Positions 51,681 to 60,794 of a stretch of DNA of 64,000 nucleotides are shown piece after piece. Origin of the DNA: a virus; IMG/VR virus record IMGVR_UViG_3300042691_041392. One strand, written 5' to 3'. Position numbers and translations under genes: made by a program. Every line of letters begins with the position of its first letter. The first letter of the stretch is position 1. The notes beneath the pieces are model-generated. The model was not told where the DNA came from, did not search any database, and saw only the letters and a program-made list of their open reading frames with translations.

Positions 51681-51991
51681 TACTAAACGATACCGACATA
51701 TACATAAAAGAAAATCTCAATAAAATAATGAATGGTGATTGGGATGAAAATTTCAACAATAAAGAAGAGATAGAAATGCTGAAGAAAACATCATTTTTAT
51801 ATAATCACATAAAAATAGAAGAAAGATGTGTTATATTCGAATATGGTGATAAAAAAGTAAAATATAACTTTAATTCAGATCCATTAGATTATCAAATACA
51901 GTTAATCTCTATGATTAGAAATAGTGAGGATTTTCTAAGTTGTTATACCTCATTTTTAAGAGATTGGAAAATAAATAAAATAATTGATTAA
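51677..51991 (+). CDS. Hypothetical protein with C-terminal RDWKINKII tag
   Basis: ORF in a coupled operon. Confidence 0.6.
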   Translation: MILNDTDIYIKENLNKIMNGDWDENFNNKEEIEMLKKTSFLYNHIKIEERCVIFEYGDKKVKYNFNSDPLDYQIQLISMIRNSEDFLSCYTSFLRDWKINKIID

Positions 51992-52027
51992 TTTTTTTGG
52001 TAATATAAATATTATTTGTATATTTGT

Positions 52028-52157
52028 ATAAGAGAAATGAAACACAAAATGGATGTTTTTTAACTCTTTCAGATTTTTCATAACTAAAGGAAATGACTAC
52101 AAAGATTATGTAGTTTTAACCAAACTAAAAACCCTACTCTAAAGTAGGGTTTTTTTT
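52028..52157 (+). ncRNA. Candidate small non-coding RNA
   Basis: Host-type promoter (TTTG 51996-51999, 19 nt, TATATTTG 52019-52026), no ATG-initiated ORF over 20 aa, internal stems, terminator at 52127-52157. Confidence 0.4.
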
Positions 52158-52905
52158 ATTTTAATTTATGTGATATTTTTATATCATTATCTATTAAAAA
52201 TTTTTTAAATTCATCAGCTCCCATATTACCTCTACCAATGTTATAAAATTTACTAGATATTACTACATTACCTATAATATACCCTAAGTTACAATCCAAC
52301 CTATCAATTGAAATTGAATTCAAATCACCTAATCCAATATTATCAATTGGTAATTTTATACCAGACCAATAACATTCACAATTCTGTTTATAATATAAAT
52401 CCTTTAAATAATCTTCAGTTATATTAAAATCAATCATTCCTTTTTTATTATGATTACTTTTACATCTACTAATTAAAACACGAAATGGTTTTTCTCTAAA
52501 ATATTTTAGTGATCTCTCTTCTCTTACTTTTTTTACATCTATATCTTCTGATAGTGTTTTTTTTCTTCTACATAATTTACAAGTATTTCTTAGACCATCC
52601 TCGCTACTTTTTAATTTACCATAACAAGATCTACTTTTATTTTCAAAACAAGAATTACATATTTTAAATTCAGTATCTTTTAGATCTATATTTAAAATAG
52701 ATTTTCTTTTTTCATATTGACATGTTTTACAACCAACATTACTATATAGTATATTTCTAGCTTGTGTTAAACACTCATGTCCATTATCACAAATGAAAGA
52801 TATATAAGATTTTGTATTTTCATAGTCATTAAAATCACTTTTACTAAAACCCTTCAATCTAAAAATATCAATTATTTTTTCCAACTGTTCACTTCTTTTA
52901 TCCAT
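52156..52905 (-). mobile_element. His-Me-finger-type endonuclease (SIDR-x-D...GY...N variant) with Zn fingers
   Basis: CDNGH..GCKTC; CNSC..CKLC; Q...CYWSG...SIDRLD...GY..GNV....N. Confidence 0.7.
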
Positions 52906-52953
52906 ATATTATATATTAAATGTGAATAACCTTTTTTTGGACTTTTAGATAGA

Positions 52954-53673
52954 CTACTTCAAGACATTCCAAATATTAATGAACTTTTCTAACCTATCAA
53001 TATAACCATTCAGACCTCCGTTAACTCTTCTACTAACCTTTTCAACAACATCATCAGTTGAACCTAAATCACATATTTTCCATAGATTATTTTTATCAAA
53101 GAAATAAGCTGCTGAAAGCATAGGATATTTAGTAGATACTAAATCAGGATTAGAAACACAATCTTCATTAACAAACTTAGAAAACTTATCATAATTTGCT
53201 CTACCCGTTAATTGTATATATCCTCTTCCTTTAAATTTAACACCATCACCTGGTTGAGTATTACCCAAATCTTTTCTTCCTTCATATGCCTTCCCTGAAG
53301 CAAACTCCACAACCCATTTAAAATTACCACTCTCATGAGCACATTGTGAAAGAAAATGAGCTAATCTTAAATTTGTAGTTATATTAAATCTAGCAGCAGT
53401 ATCTGGTATCTGAGAAATTACATTATCAGGAATAATACCTTTTAATTTTTCTAACTTTAATACAGGATGAGTAACAGTGGAAGTTTGAGTAGTTGGAAAT
53501 AATTTACTCCAAGTTACATCACCTACAACACCATCATCTTTAAGACCATTATCTTTTTGCCATTTCTTAACAGCAGTTTCGGTATTTTTACCAAAGTCTC
53601 CATCAGGTTTTAAACCTAATTTTGTTTGAAGTTTTTTAACATCTTCACCATTTGAACCTAATTTAAGTAACAT
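52954..53673 (-). CDS. Endolysin: peptidoglycan-binding domain plus GH19 glycoside hydrolase
   Basis: LKLGS.GEDV..LQ..LG...DG.FG..T..AV..WQ...GL..DG.VG; AHFLSQ.AHESG, FKGRGYIQLTGR.NY, VNGG.NG..DR. Confidence 0.9.
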   Translation of the reverse strand: MLLKLGSNGEDVKKLQTKLGLKPDGDFGKNTETAVKKWQKDNGLKDDGVVGDVTWSKLFPTTQTSTVTHPVLKLEKLKGIIPDNVISQIPDTAARFNITTNLRLAHFLSQCAHESGNFKWVVEFASGKAYEGRKDLGNTQPGDGVKFKGRGYIQLTGRANYDKFSKFVNEDCVSNPDLVSTKYPMLSAAYFFDKNNLWKICDLGSTDDVVEKVSRRVNGGLNGYIDRLEKFINIWNVLK

Positions 53674-53750
53674 AATAATTAATTAATTTTCTTATATATT
53701 CAAGTAAAAAACCAAATTATAGTTATTATATATCATGATGTTACATGTTT

Positions 53751-54476
53751 TTATTGATAATCTTCTAAAGTTGCCTTTTTCTCAATCCAGATTTCATATC
53801 CATTAAATGATTCATAATGTTCCATTTCTAATAGAAAATCAATAGCTTCTACTAATTTTAATTGCTTACCGATTTCAAATCTTATATAACCAACATCACT
53901 AGTAATACTACTCAAAGAAAGTTCAACAAGTCCACCTAATAAAATATTTTTAGTTTTAAGTTCTTCAAATAAGAAATCAACCATATTATTTTTAATGATA
54001 TCTAAATCTTCTTTTGAGTAAATAAGAACATTCACATCACTATTATTCCAATCATTTATTTTGAAAATATGTTTATCAGAATCAACAACATCAATTGAAC
54101 CCAAATTTGTATCAAAAACATCAGCTAAAGTCTTTTCTAAGTTGATATCAGCCTTCTCAATACCCTTGTATAAGCATTCCTTTAAACTAGCTGTTTTAAA
54201 CTCATTAGATTCAAAATATTTGAAACTTTCAAATGTTAAAACACCATCTGATTCCATATTTACTCGATCTTCAATAACATCTGATAAAACTCTATCAATA
54301 CCATTTACTTCTTTTAAGTTATTTCTGTGTAGAAATTTTGTAAATCTTTCTGAACCGGGTTGTAAATATCTTTTTAAGTTAGAAGGTCTTATCTTCCACT
54401 TATCCATGTAATCATCAATCAACTCATTTATTTGTTGATAATATTTATTAGCATCTTCTCTATTATTTATAGACAT
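53751..54476 (-). CDS. Hypothetical protein with internal VLTFESF tag
   Basis: ORF; late-type promoter at 54499-54507. Confidence 0.6.
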   Translation of the reverse strand: MSINNREDANKYYQQINELIDDYMDKWKIRPSNLKRYLQPGSERFTKFLHRNNLKEVNGIDRVLSDVIEDRVNMESDGVLTFESFKYFESNEFKTASLKECLYKGIEKADINLEKTLADVFDTNLGSIDVVDSDKHIFKINDWNNSDVNVLIYSKEDLDIIKNNMVDFLFEELKTKNILLGGLVELSLSSITSDVGYIRFEIGKQLKLVEAIDFLLEMEHYESFNGYEIWIEKKATLEDYQ

Positions 54477-54538
54477 AATTATAGGCTATTTTTTGTTATA
54501 TATATTAAAATATAAAATCATTATTTAATATATACATT

Positions 54539-55483
54539 ATGAATGTTTATTATGTATATGCTTATTTAGATCCAAGAAAACCAGGAAAATATGAATATGA
54601 TGATTATAAATTTGATCATGAGCCATTTTACATAGGAAAGGGAACAAAATCAAGAATACTTAGACACCTTAAAAATGAAAATAGAAACCCTATAAAATTA
54701 AATAAGATTAAAAGTATTAGAACATCTGGACATGATCCTATATTACTTAAAATAATAGATAATATAAGTAATGAAGAGTCTTTAAAAATAGAAAAGGAAT
54801 TAATAAAATTAATAGGTAGGCTTTGTAAAAATGAAGGACCTCTAACAAATTATTCACCTGGTGGTGAAACATATATTGGTTATAAACATCAAGAAGACTA
54901 TTTAGAAAAATTATATAAACCAGTTGTTAAATATGATTTAGATGGTAATTATATTGAAGAATATAAATCAGTTGGTGAAGCTGGTGAAAGAAATAATATA
55001 CAACCACAAACAATTAGTCAAATATGTTCAGGTAGAATAAAGTTACATAAAAGTAATTTTATTTTTTTATATAAAGGAGATGCTTTTGAAAAGAGAAAAA
55101 GAGATAAGAAGGAATACCCAGTTATAAGAATAGATTATAACAATAATATGAAAGAATATAAATCGGTTACAGATGCTGCAATTGACAATAAAACCACACT
55201 ATCTAGGATAAACTCAGTTTGCATGGGAGATAGATTTCATACAGGTGGATTTCTTTATAGATATAAAAATCATACTAACATAAATGAATATACAAAAAAG
55301 ATAGAAGATAATTTTGGAGAATATTTAAAACTTTTGAATAAAAAAATAAATATAGACGGTATAATTTACAAAAATCTATTACACGTATTAAAAGAAAAAA
55401 AAATCAGAATAACAAATTTAATGAAGTATATAAATAACACCGATAATAAAATATATAAATATTATGAATTTAAAACAAACTAG
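54539..55483 (+). mobile_element. GIY-YIG homing endonuclease with NUMOD1-like repeats
   Basis: YYVYAY.DPR...PFYIGKG..R...H, E..LI...GR.....GPL.N...GG; PV..YD..G..I.EY.S..EA. Confidence 0.85.
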
Positions 55484-56366
55484 AGACTTCTTCAACTTGA
55501 AACCAGTAGAATTTGTAGTTAGGGAAAATTACAATCTTATTGAGGATAATGAATTCATTCCTAGATTTTCACTAAAGAATGTTAAAGATATAGCTAATAT
55601 ACCTATTAATGAGCCTATTAAATACTCAGATGATGTTATGATAAAAGCTATTAAATATGGTATGATATTTTTAATAAACTATAAAGGTGAAGAAGATACA
55701 CATTTCGCCGGCCATGAGAGAGTTATATATGGAATGGTTTTAGGTCGTTCGTCAAAAGGAAAAACATTATTAAGAGCATGGCATTTAAATGGATGGTCTG
55801 TTTCAAATAATAGACATATAAATAAAATTTGGAGACTTTTTAGAACAGATAGAATTTTGTCAATGACTTTTACAGGTTCATTTTATAGATTAGCACCAGC
55901 TGGTTATAATATGTACGATAAAGGAATGAGAGGTGGTATTATAGCAAGAGCTGACTTTAATGAAATTAGAAGAAACCAACAAAATCTTGTTAACCAAAAC
56001 AAAATTGTAAACAGAGAGGAAGTGAGCTTGGGTACACCAGAAAGAACTTTTGCGTCTATTATAGTAAAGAATACAGATACTCAATTAGATTTAACTAAAG
56101 CAATGGAAAATGAATATATCAAGAATACAAAAGATCAATCAACTCTTAGATTATCGTTCCTAAAAAGTATCTATGGGAATAAGTTTATTGCTGTTTTAGG
56201 TGCTATGGGTCAACCAGGAAACACTGTTAAAGTTAAAACTGATAAAGGTGAAGAGTTAGGTAATTTTAAAGTAATGGACTCTATAACAGGACAAGTTTTA
56301 AAAAGTATTAAAAACGTAAAAGGAAATTCAATTTATGATCTTTATTTATTTGATAAAAAGTTATAA
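55464..56366 (+). CDS. WYL-domain-like protein
   Basis: AI......I.Y......R.I....LG......LLRAW......WRLFRTDRI. Confidence 0.6.
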   Translation: MNLKQTRDFFNLKPVEFVVRENYNLIEDNEFIPRFSLKNVKDIANIPINEPIKYSDDVMIKAIKYGMIFLINYKGEEDTHFAGHERVIYGMVLGRSSKGKTLLRAWHLNGWSVSNNRHINKIWRLFRTDRILSMTFTGSFYRLAPAGYNMYDKGMRGGIIARADFNEIRRNQQNLVNQNKIVNREEVSLGTPERTFASIIVKNTDTQLDLTKAMENEYIKNTKDQSTLRLSFLKSIYGNKFIAVLGAMGQPGNTVKVKTDKGEELGNFKVMDSITGQVLKSIKNVKGNSIYDLYLFDKKL

Positions 56367-56420
56367 AAATGATTTTTTTATATTAATATATAAATAATAA
56401 AAAAAAAACTAATAATAAAA

Positions 56421-56747
56421 ATGAAACATTTAAAAACATTTGAAAATTATTCAGTGAACGAAGAGATTTTTGGACTTTCAAAAGGAGAAAGAGAAGAATC
56501 TAAAAAAGCTAAACTTCAAGGTGAGTTAGATAAAATGTTAAAAGCATGGTCAAGAAAAGGCGCTGTTAATAAACCAACACCAGAAGTTTTAGATAAATTT
56601 TGGGCTGATGCTAAAGCTGATGGATATAAAGGATTACCTGGTTTATCTTCAAGAAAATTTCCAGCTGATTTAGCTTATAGACCAGAAAGTTCAATTAAAT
56701 GGGGTTCTGCTGGGATGAGCGGACACACATTTGGTTCTGGAAGCTAG
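56421..56747 (+). CDS. Hypothetical protein with KHLKTFENYSVNEE tag
   Basis: ORF with own late-type promoter and terminator. Confidence 0.7.
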   Translation: MKHLKTFENYSVNEEIFGLSKGEREESKKAKLQGELDKMLKAWSRKGAVNKPTPEVLDKFWADAKADGYKGLPGLSSRKFPADLAYRPESSIKWGSAGMSGHTFGSGS

Positions 56748-56792
56748 AAACTGAAAAAACATTAAAAAAGAGATACAAATTGTATCTCTTTT

Positions 56793-57182
56793 TTATTTTG
56801 ATAAAATTTCTTTATCTAAAGAAGATAAAGAGTTAATTCCAACTTCATTAATTTTATCTAGGATAGTATCGATATCTAAATTTTCTGTTAAGTATTTTTG
56901 AAAATCATCATCTTCAATACTAACTTGACCATATAAAAACAACTTTGTAATATCTTGTACTTTAAATTTCACTTCATATTTATAAAACAAAGAACAAACT
57001 GCCTCCAAAACTCTTTCACTACAAATCATGTAAGATGAAACTAAACCATTTTCTACAACATCCACGTTTAAAACTTGGTCTTCCAAAGTTTCAATTAATG
57101 TCATATCAGAACTATCTAAAGAATCATTTAATTTATCAATTTGATCTTGTGTTAAACCGGTGTTGATTTTATATACGTTCAT
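56793..57182 (-). CDS. Hypothetical protein with C-terminal DUF6576-like domain (start corrected to 57182)
   Basis: DIDTILDKINEVGINSLSSLDKEIL; host-type promoter at 57208-57237 lies inside the longer ORF call. Confidence 0.6.
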   Translation of the reverse strand: MNVYKINTGLTQDQIDKLNDSLDSSDMTLIETLEDQVLNVDVVENGLVSSYMICSERVLEAVCSLFYKYEVKFKVQDITKLFLYGQVSIEDDDFQKYLTENLDIDTILDKINEVGINSLSSLDKEILSK

Positions 57183-57266
57183 AACTTTGTTTTTAGAAGA
57201 TGTTTTACAAATATAATACATTTTTTTAAATATCAAAATTAATATATAAAAAAAATAAAATAAAAT

Positions 57267-57839
57267 ATGGGTAATATTAAGAGTTTTGATTCATTCAACG
57301 AAGAGAAAAAATGGATTAAAGATGCGATTAAAAATCCAGGAGCTTTAAAAAAATCTTTAGGTAAAGGAGAAGATGATAAATTGACTAAATCTGAAATTGA
57401 TTCAGAATTGAAAAAGCTTAAAGCTAAGGATAAAGATAAAGAAAAACCAGGTACACAACTTGGTAAAAAGGATGCTACTAAAAAAAGAAGATTAGAATTA
57501 GCTAAAACTTTAAGAAGTCTTAAAGAACATAAAGAAACTAATAACTATATGTTCTTTGGAAATCTTCAAACAATCAAAAGATTGGTTGATGAGATGTTAG
57601 AAATGGATGAAACAGAATTAGACGCAATTCTTTCTGAACATAACTGGGCTTTAGATCACATCGCAACTTCCAAAGATGATGTTGAAGAAGTTTTCAATTT
57701 TTTAGCTGGACATGAGTCACCAAAATCTGCTGAGGAAAAACCATTATTAGGTGGACCAGAATCATCACACACAGTTCATGATAGAACGGCTAAAAATTTT
57801 AGAGGTGATTGGACTACACAAGGTGAACCACCAATGTAA
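57267..57839 (+). CDS. Two-domain phage protein with NIKSFDSFNEE tag
   Basis: Basic WIKDAIKNPGAL...LAKTL module plus NYMFF.NL...H.WA.DH module. Confidence 0.65.
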   Translation: MGNIKSFDSFNEEKKWIKDAIKNPGALKKSLGKGEDDKLTKSEIDSELKKLKAKDKDKEKPGTQLGKKDATKKRRLELAKTLRSLKEHKETNNYMFFGNLQTIKRLVDEMLEMDETELDAILSEHNWALDHIATSKDDVEEVFNFLAGHESPKSAEEKPLLGGPESSHTVHDRTAKNFRGDWTTQGEPPM

Positions 57840-57854
57840 AAAATAATTTAAAAT

Positions 57855-58457
57855 ATGTACACAAGAGAACAAATAGAAGCAGCTGTAAAAGCAAAAGGAT
57901 ATGTTTGGTTTGAAGATAGTTCAAACAAAGGATTTGATGTGAATATAGTTGGTGTTAGAAACAACGCACCTTCAGTAGCTGATAAAGTAACAAATGTATT
58001 TGATGATTTTCTTACAATTTCATACAAAGAAAATGGAGTTTGGAAATTTTTCATTTGGAATGCAACAACAGATCCAGGTAAAAAAGGAGTTCAACAATTT
58101 CATAATAAAAAAGGTGTTGCTAGACTTATTCCTAATCAATATAGAAGTGTTTGGTCAATTGCAAAACACCAAGGTAAATATGATGCATTATGTCAAAGAA
58201 ATGGAAATGTTAAAGTTTGGAGAGATGCTAATAAAGATCTTATTTTTGAAGAAAAGGTTGTAGATGAAGGAATTTTCGGAATAAATATTCACAAATCAGG
58301 ATTAGACTCAACTTGGGTAGAAAATTGGTCAGAAGGATGTCAAGTATTTAAGAGAGTTAAAGATTTTGACGTATTTATGTCTATCTGTAAAAAAGCGTCT
58401 AAAATACATGGGAATAAGTTCTCATACACACTAATCGAATCAACAGATATTAAATAA
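57855..58457 (+). CDS. Putative YkuD/L,D-peptidase-like cell-wall enzyme
   Basis: TTDPG, GINIH, WSEGCQV (His...Cys pair). Confidence 0.55.
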   Translation: MYTREQIEAAVKAKGYVWFEDSSNKGFDVNIVGVRNNAPSVADKVTNVFDDFLTISYKENGVWKFFIWNATTDPGKKGVQQFHNKKGVARLIPNQYRSVWSIAKHQGKYDALCQRNGNVKVWRDANKDLIFEEKVVDEGIFGINIHKSGLDSTWVENWSEGCQVFKRVKDFDVFMSICKKASKIHGNKFSYTLIESTDIK

Positions 58458-58528
58458 TAAAAACCCTCGAAATGAGGGTTTTTTTATTATCACAAAAAAC
58501 ATTTGACAAACATCCATATAAAATACTT

Positions 58529-58774
58529 ATGGATAAAACTGAAGAAATAAAAATATATATTGAGTATCTTTTAGAAAGATATATTCAATTTTACGAGCTA
58601 TCAAAATCAACAGAATCATTTAAATATGATATAATGGAAGAAATTGATAAAATATCTGAGTCTATGAATATAATACTCAATTCAATTGAGTTTAAAACAC
58701 CAACCGATTTAGATCTTAGAGAATATGTTAGAGATTTTAAATTAAATAAATTATTAAAAGATGGAAAAGATTAG
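58529..58774 (+). CDS. Hypothetical protein with C-terminal RDFKLNKLL tag (start corrected to 58529)
   Basis: The longer ORF call starts inside the terminator. Confidence 0.55.
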   Translation: MDKTEEIKIYIEYLLERYIQFYELSKSTESFKYDIMEEIDKISESMNIILNSIEFKTPTDLDLREYVRDFKLNKLLKDGKD

Positions 58775-59210
58775 TGATTTGATAGAATTTCTCTTTGAAA
58801 GAAAAGATGATGAACGAGTTGAGATAACAATTGATAAAAAATATGGACATAAAAACTTTTACATCAAGTTTCACCCAGATCAAGAACCAGAAGATACAAA
58901 TAACTTAAATACTCAAAGTCCTTTTTCTTCAATGAAAGGAGTTTTTGGTTTTGGTGGTTATAACGGACTAACAATTCACTTTGATTTAAGAAATGAGTGT
59001 ATTATAGTACAAAGAAGAAATAACTATATTGTGGAAGATATAGAACTTTTAAATAAATGGGTTGATATTTTAGATAAATATTTAAAAGATAAATTCAATT
59101 CTGAAATAGATAGTATTATAGATGATACATTTTCTAGTTGTTATAAAAAAGATATTATAAGAGAATGGAAAATGAAAAAAATATTAGATGATAGAGATGA
59201 ATCTTTATAA
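58761..59210 (+). CDS. Hypothetical protein with C-terminal REWKMKKIL tag
   Basis: ORF in a coupled operon. Confidence 0.55.
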   Translation: MEKISDLIEFLFERKDDERVEITIDKKYGHKNFYIKFHPDQEPEDTNNLNTQSPFSSMKGVFGFGGYNGLTIHFDLRNECIIVQRRNNYIVEDIELLNKWVDILDKYLKDKFNSEIDSIIDDTFSSCYKKDIIREWKMKKILDDRDESL

Positions 59211-59691
59211 CCAAGAAGAATTAGATAGAATTCAAAAAGTAAGAGAAACAAACGATAAATTAGAAGAGTTTTTTAACGAAAAAAGAGCAGAATGGAATAA
59301 GAATGTTGAACCACTTTTTAAAGTTTTGAATATTGATATTTCAAATCCAACTAACTTTAAAGAAATATTAGATGCTCAAGCGATTTCATTATCATTTAAA
59401 CAAATGATAAATGAAAATATTAACTACTTTTTAAATAAGAGAAGTAGAGAAACTACAAAAATAAAGAAAATAAGACAAGATAAATTTATCTTTTACGCAA
59501 CAAATTTTGGTGTCAAAACAAATATGGGCGAAAAAGCCATCTTGATAGATGCTCACTTAGCTGAAAATGATCGTTGTTTAGAATTAATTGAAAGTTATAT
59601 AACCTTTCTACGAGATACAGTTAAAAACTTAGAAGCTTTTGGATTTACAATAAAAAATATGACTGAATTATTAAATTATTTAGGTAGATAA
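59188..59691 (+). CDS. UvsY-like recombination mediator
   Basis: Helical protein ending FL...VKNL...GFTIKNM.E, as in UvsY homologues. Confidence 0.5.
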   Translation: MIEMNLYNQEELDRIQKVRETNDKLEEFFNEKRAEWNKNVEPLFKVLNIDISNPTNFKEILDAQAISLSFKQMINENINYFLNKRSRETTKIKKIRQDKFIFYATNFGVKTNMGEKAILIDAHLAENDRCLELIESYITFLRDTVKNLEAFGFTIKNMTELLNYLGR

Positions 59692-59705
59692 AAAAAACCA
59701 CTATT

Positions 59706-60794
59706 TTAAATAGTGGTTTTTTCATTTAATAACATTTTATCAAAATATTCTTTGAATATTTTATGATCTACAGCAACAGATATTCTACTACAATTATCAT
59801 AAACTCGATTTTTTATCAAAGAGAAGTTATTAAGAGGAACACTTGAAATTCTATTTCTTAATAATCTTTCATATGCTAAATTAATAACCGCGAATGGACC
59901 AATAGGACATTTAGTATAATCATCAAATAAAAGATTATGACCTACTAAATAATCAATATTTTTCTTAATATTATCTTTAGTAATTTCTTGATACTCATTT
60001 ATGATTTTATCATTATCTAATAACTTAGAAATAATATACTGAGGTAAAACAGATGTTGAATTCCATTTATATAAAGCTTTTATTTTTAAAGTTTTATACA
60101 AATTCTCATTTTTAGTTGCTAAATAACCAACTCTATAACCTGATAATCCAACAGATTTTGAAAATGAACTAACAACAACAATATTATCATGTAACGAATC
60201 GGATAATCCATTATTTGGATTATTAAATAAGTAATAATAAGGTAAATCTAAAATAACAGTAACATTTTGAGATTTTGACCAATTTAAAAATCTTTTAATT
60301 GTATCTAAGTCTGGTGTATAACCAGTTGGATTTGAAGGATAGCACAACATAACAATACCATTAGTCTGATTAAATTTGTCTAAATCAAAATCATCAAAAG
60401 TTAATATATTTTTATTATGTGTTTTTAATATCTTGTTCCAAGATCCCCAATGAAAATTTGGTATATAAACATTTTCTTCAGCTAATGAATTTATAATCAA
60501 ATCAAGAGCTGCCATTCCACCAGGTGTTATAATAACCTCATGTTTATCTAAATTAAATTTAGACTTTACTTTTTGAATTAAATCAGGATAACCATCATTA
60601 CCAGAGTATTGTTGTAATTTTGGATTATTTAGGTTTAGATTTAAATTAACAGATTCAATATCTATGTTTGTAACATCCATCACACCTCTGTGGAGTTTTA
60701 GATATTTAAGTCCAGATTCGTTTTCTAACTTTTGGACATCTTCACCAATTTTAACGATTGATGAATAGGTTACATTTGCTTCGTTTATTCTCAT
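59706..60794 (-). CDS. PLP-dependent class I/II aminotransferase
   Basis: ITPGG..AL, PSNPTG, ILDLPY, SFSKS.GLSG.RVGY, terminal RIS. Confidence 0.88.
   Translation of the reverse strand: MRINEANVTYSSIVKIGEDVQKLENESGLKYLKLHRGVMDVTNIDIESVNLNLNLNNPKLQQYSGNDGYPDLIQKVKSKFNLDKHEVIITPGGMAALDLIINSLAEENVYIPNFHWGSWNKILKTHNKNILTFDDFDLDKFNQTNGIVMLCYPSNPTGYTPDLDTIKRFLNWSKSQNVTVILDLPYYYLFNNPNNGLSDSLHDNIVVVSSFSKSVGLSGYRVGYLATKNENLYKTLKIKALYKWNSTSVLPQYIISKLLDNDKIINEYQEITKDNIKKNIDYLVGHNLLFDDYTKCPIGPFAVINLAYERLLRNRISSVPLNNFSLIKNRVYDNCSRISVAVDHKIFKEYFDKMLLNEKTTI

Noticed and set aside
7862-58528. ORF-track starts at 7862, 33619, 57236 and 58472
   Set aside because: These extensions run through promoter or terminator sequence; downstream ATGs at 7943, 33571, 57182 and 58529 fit better
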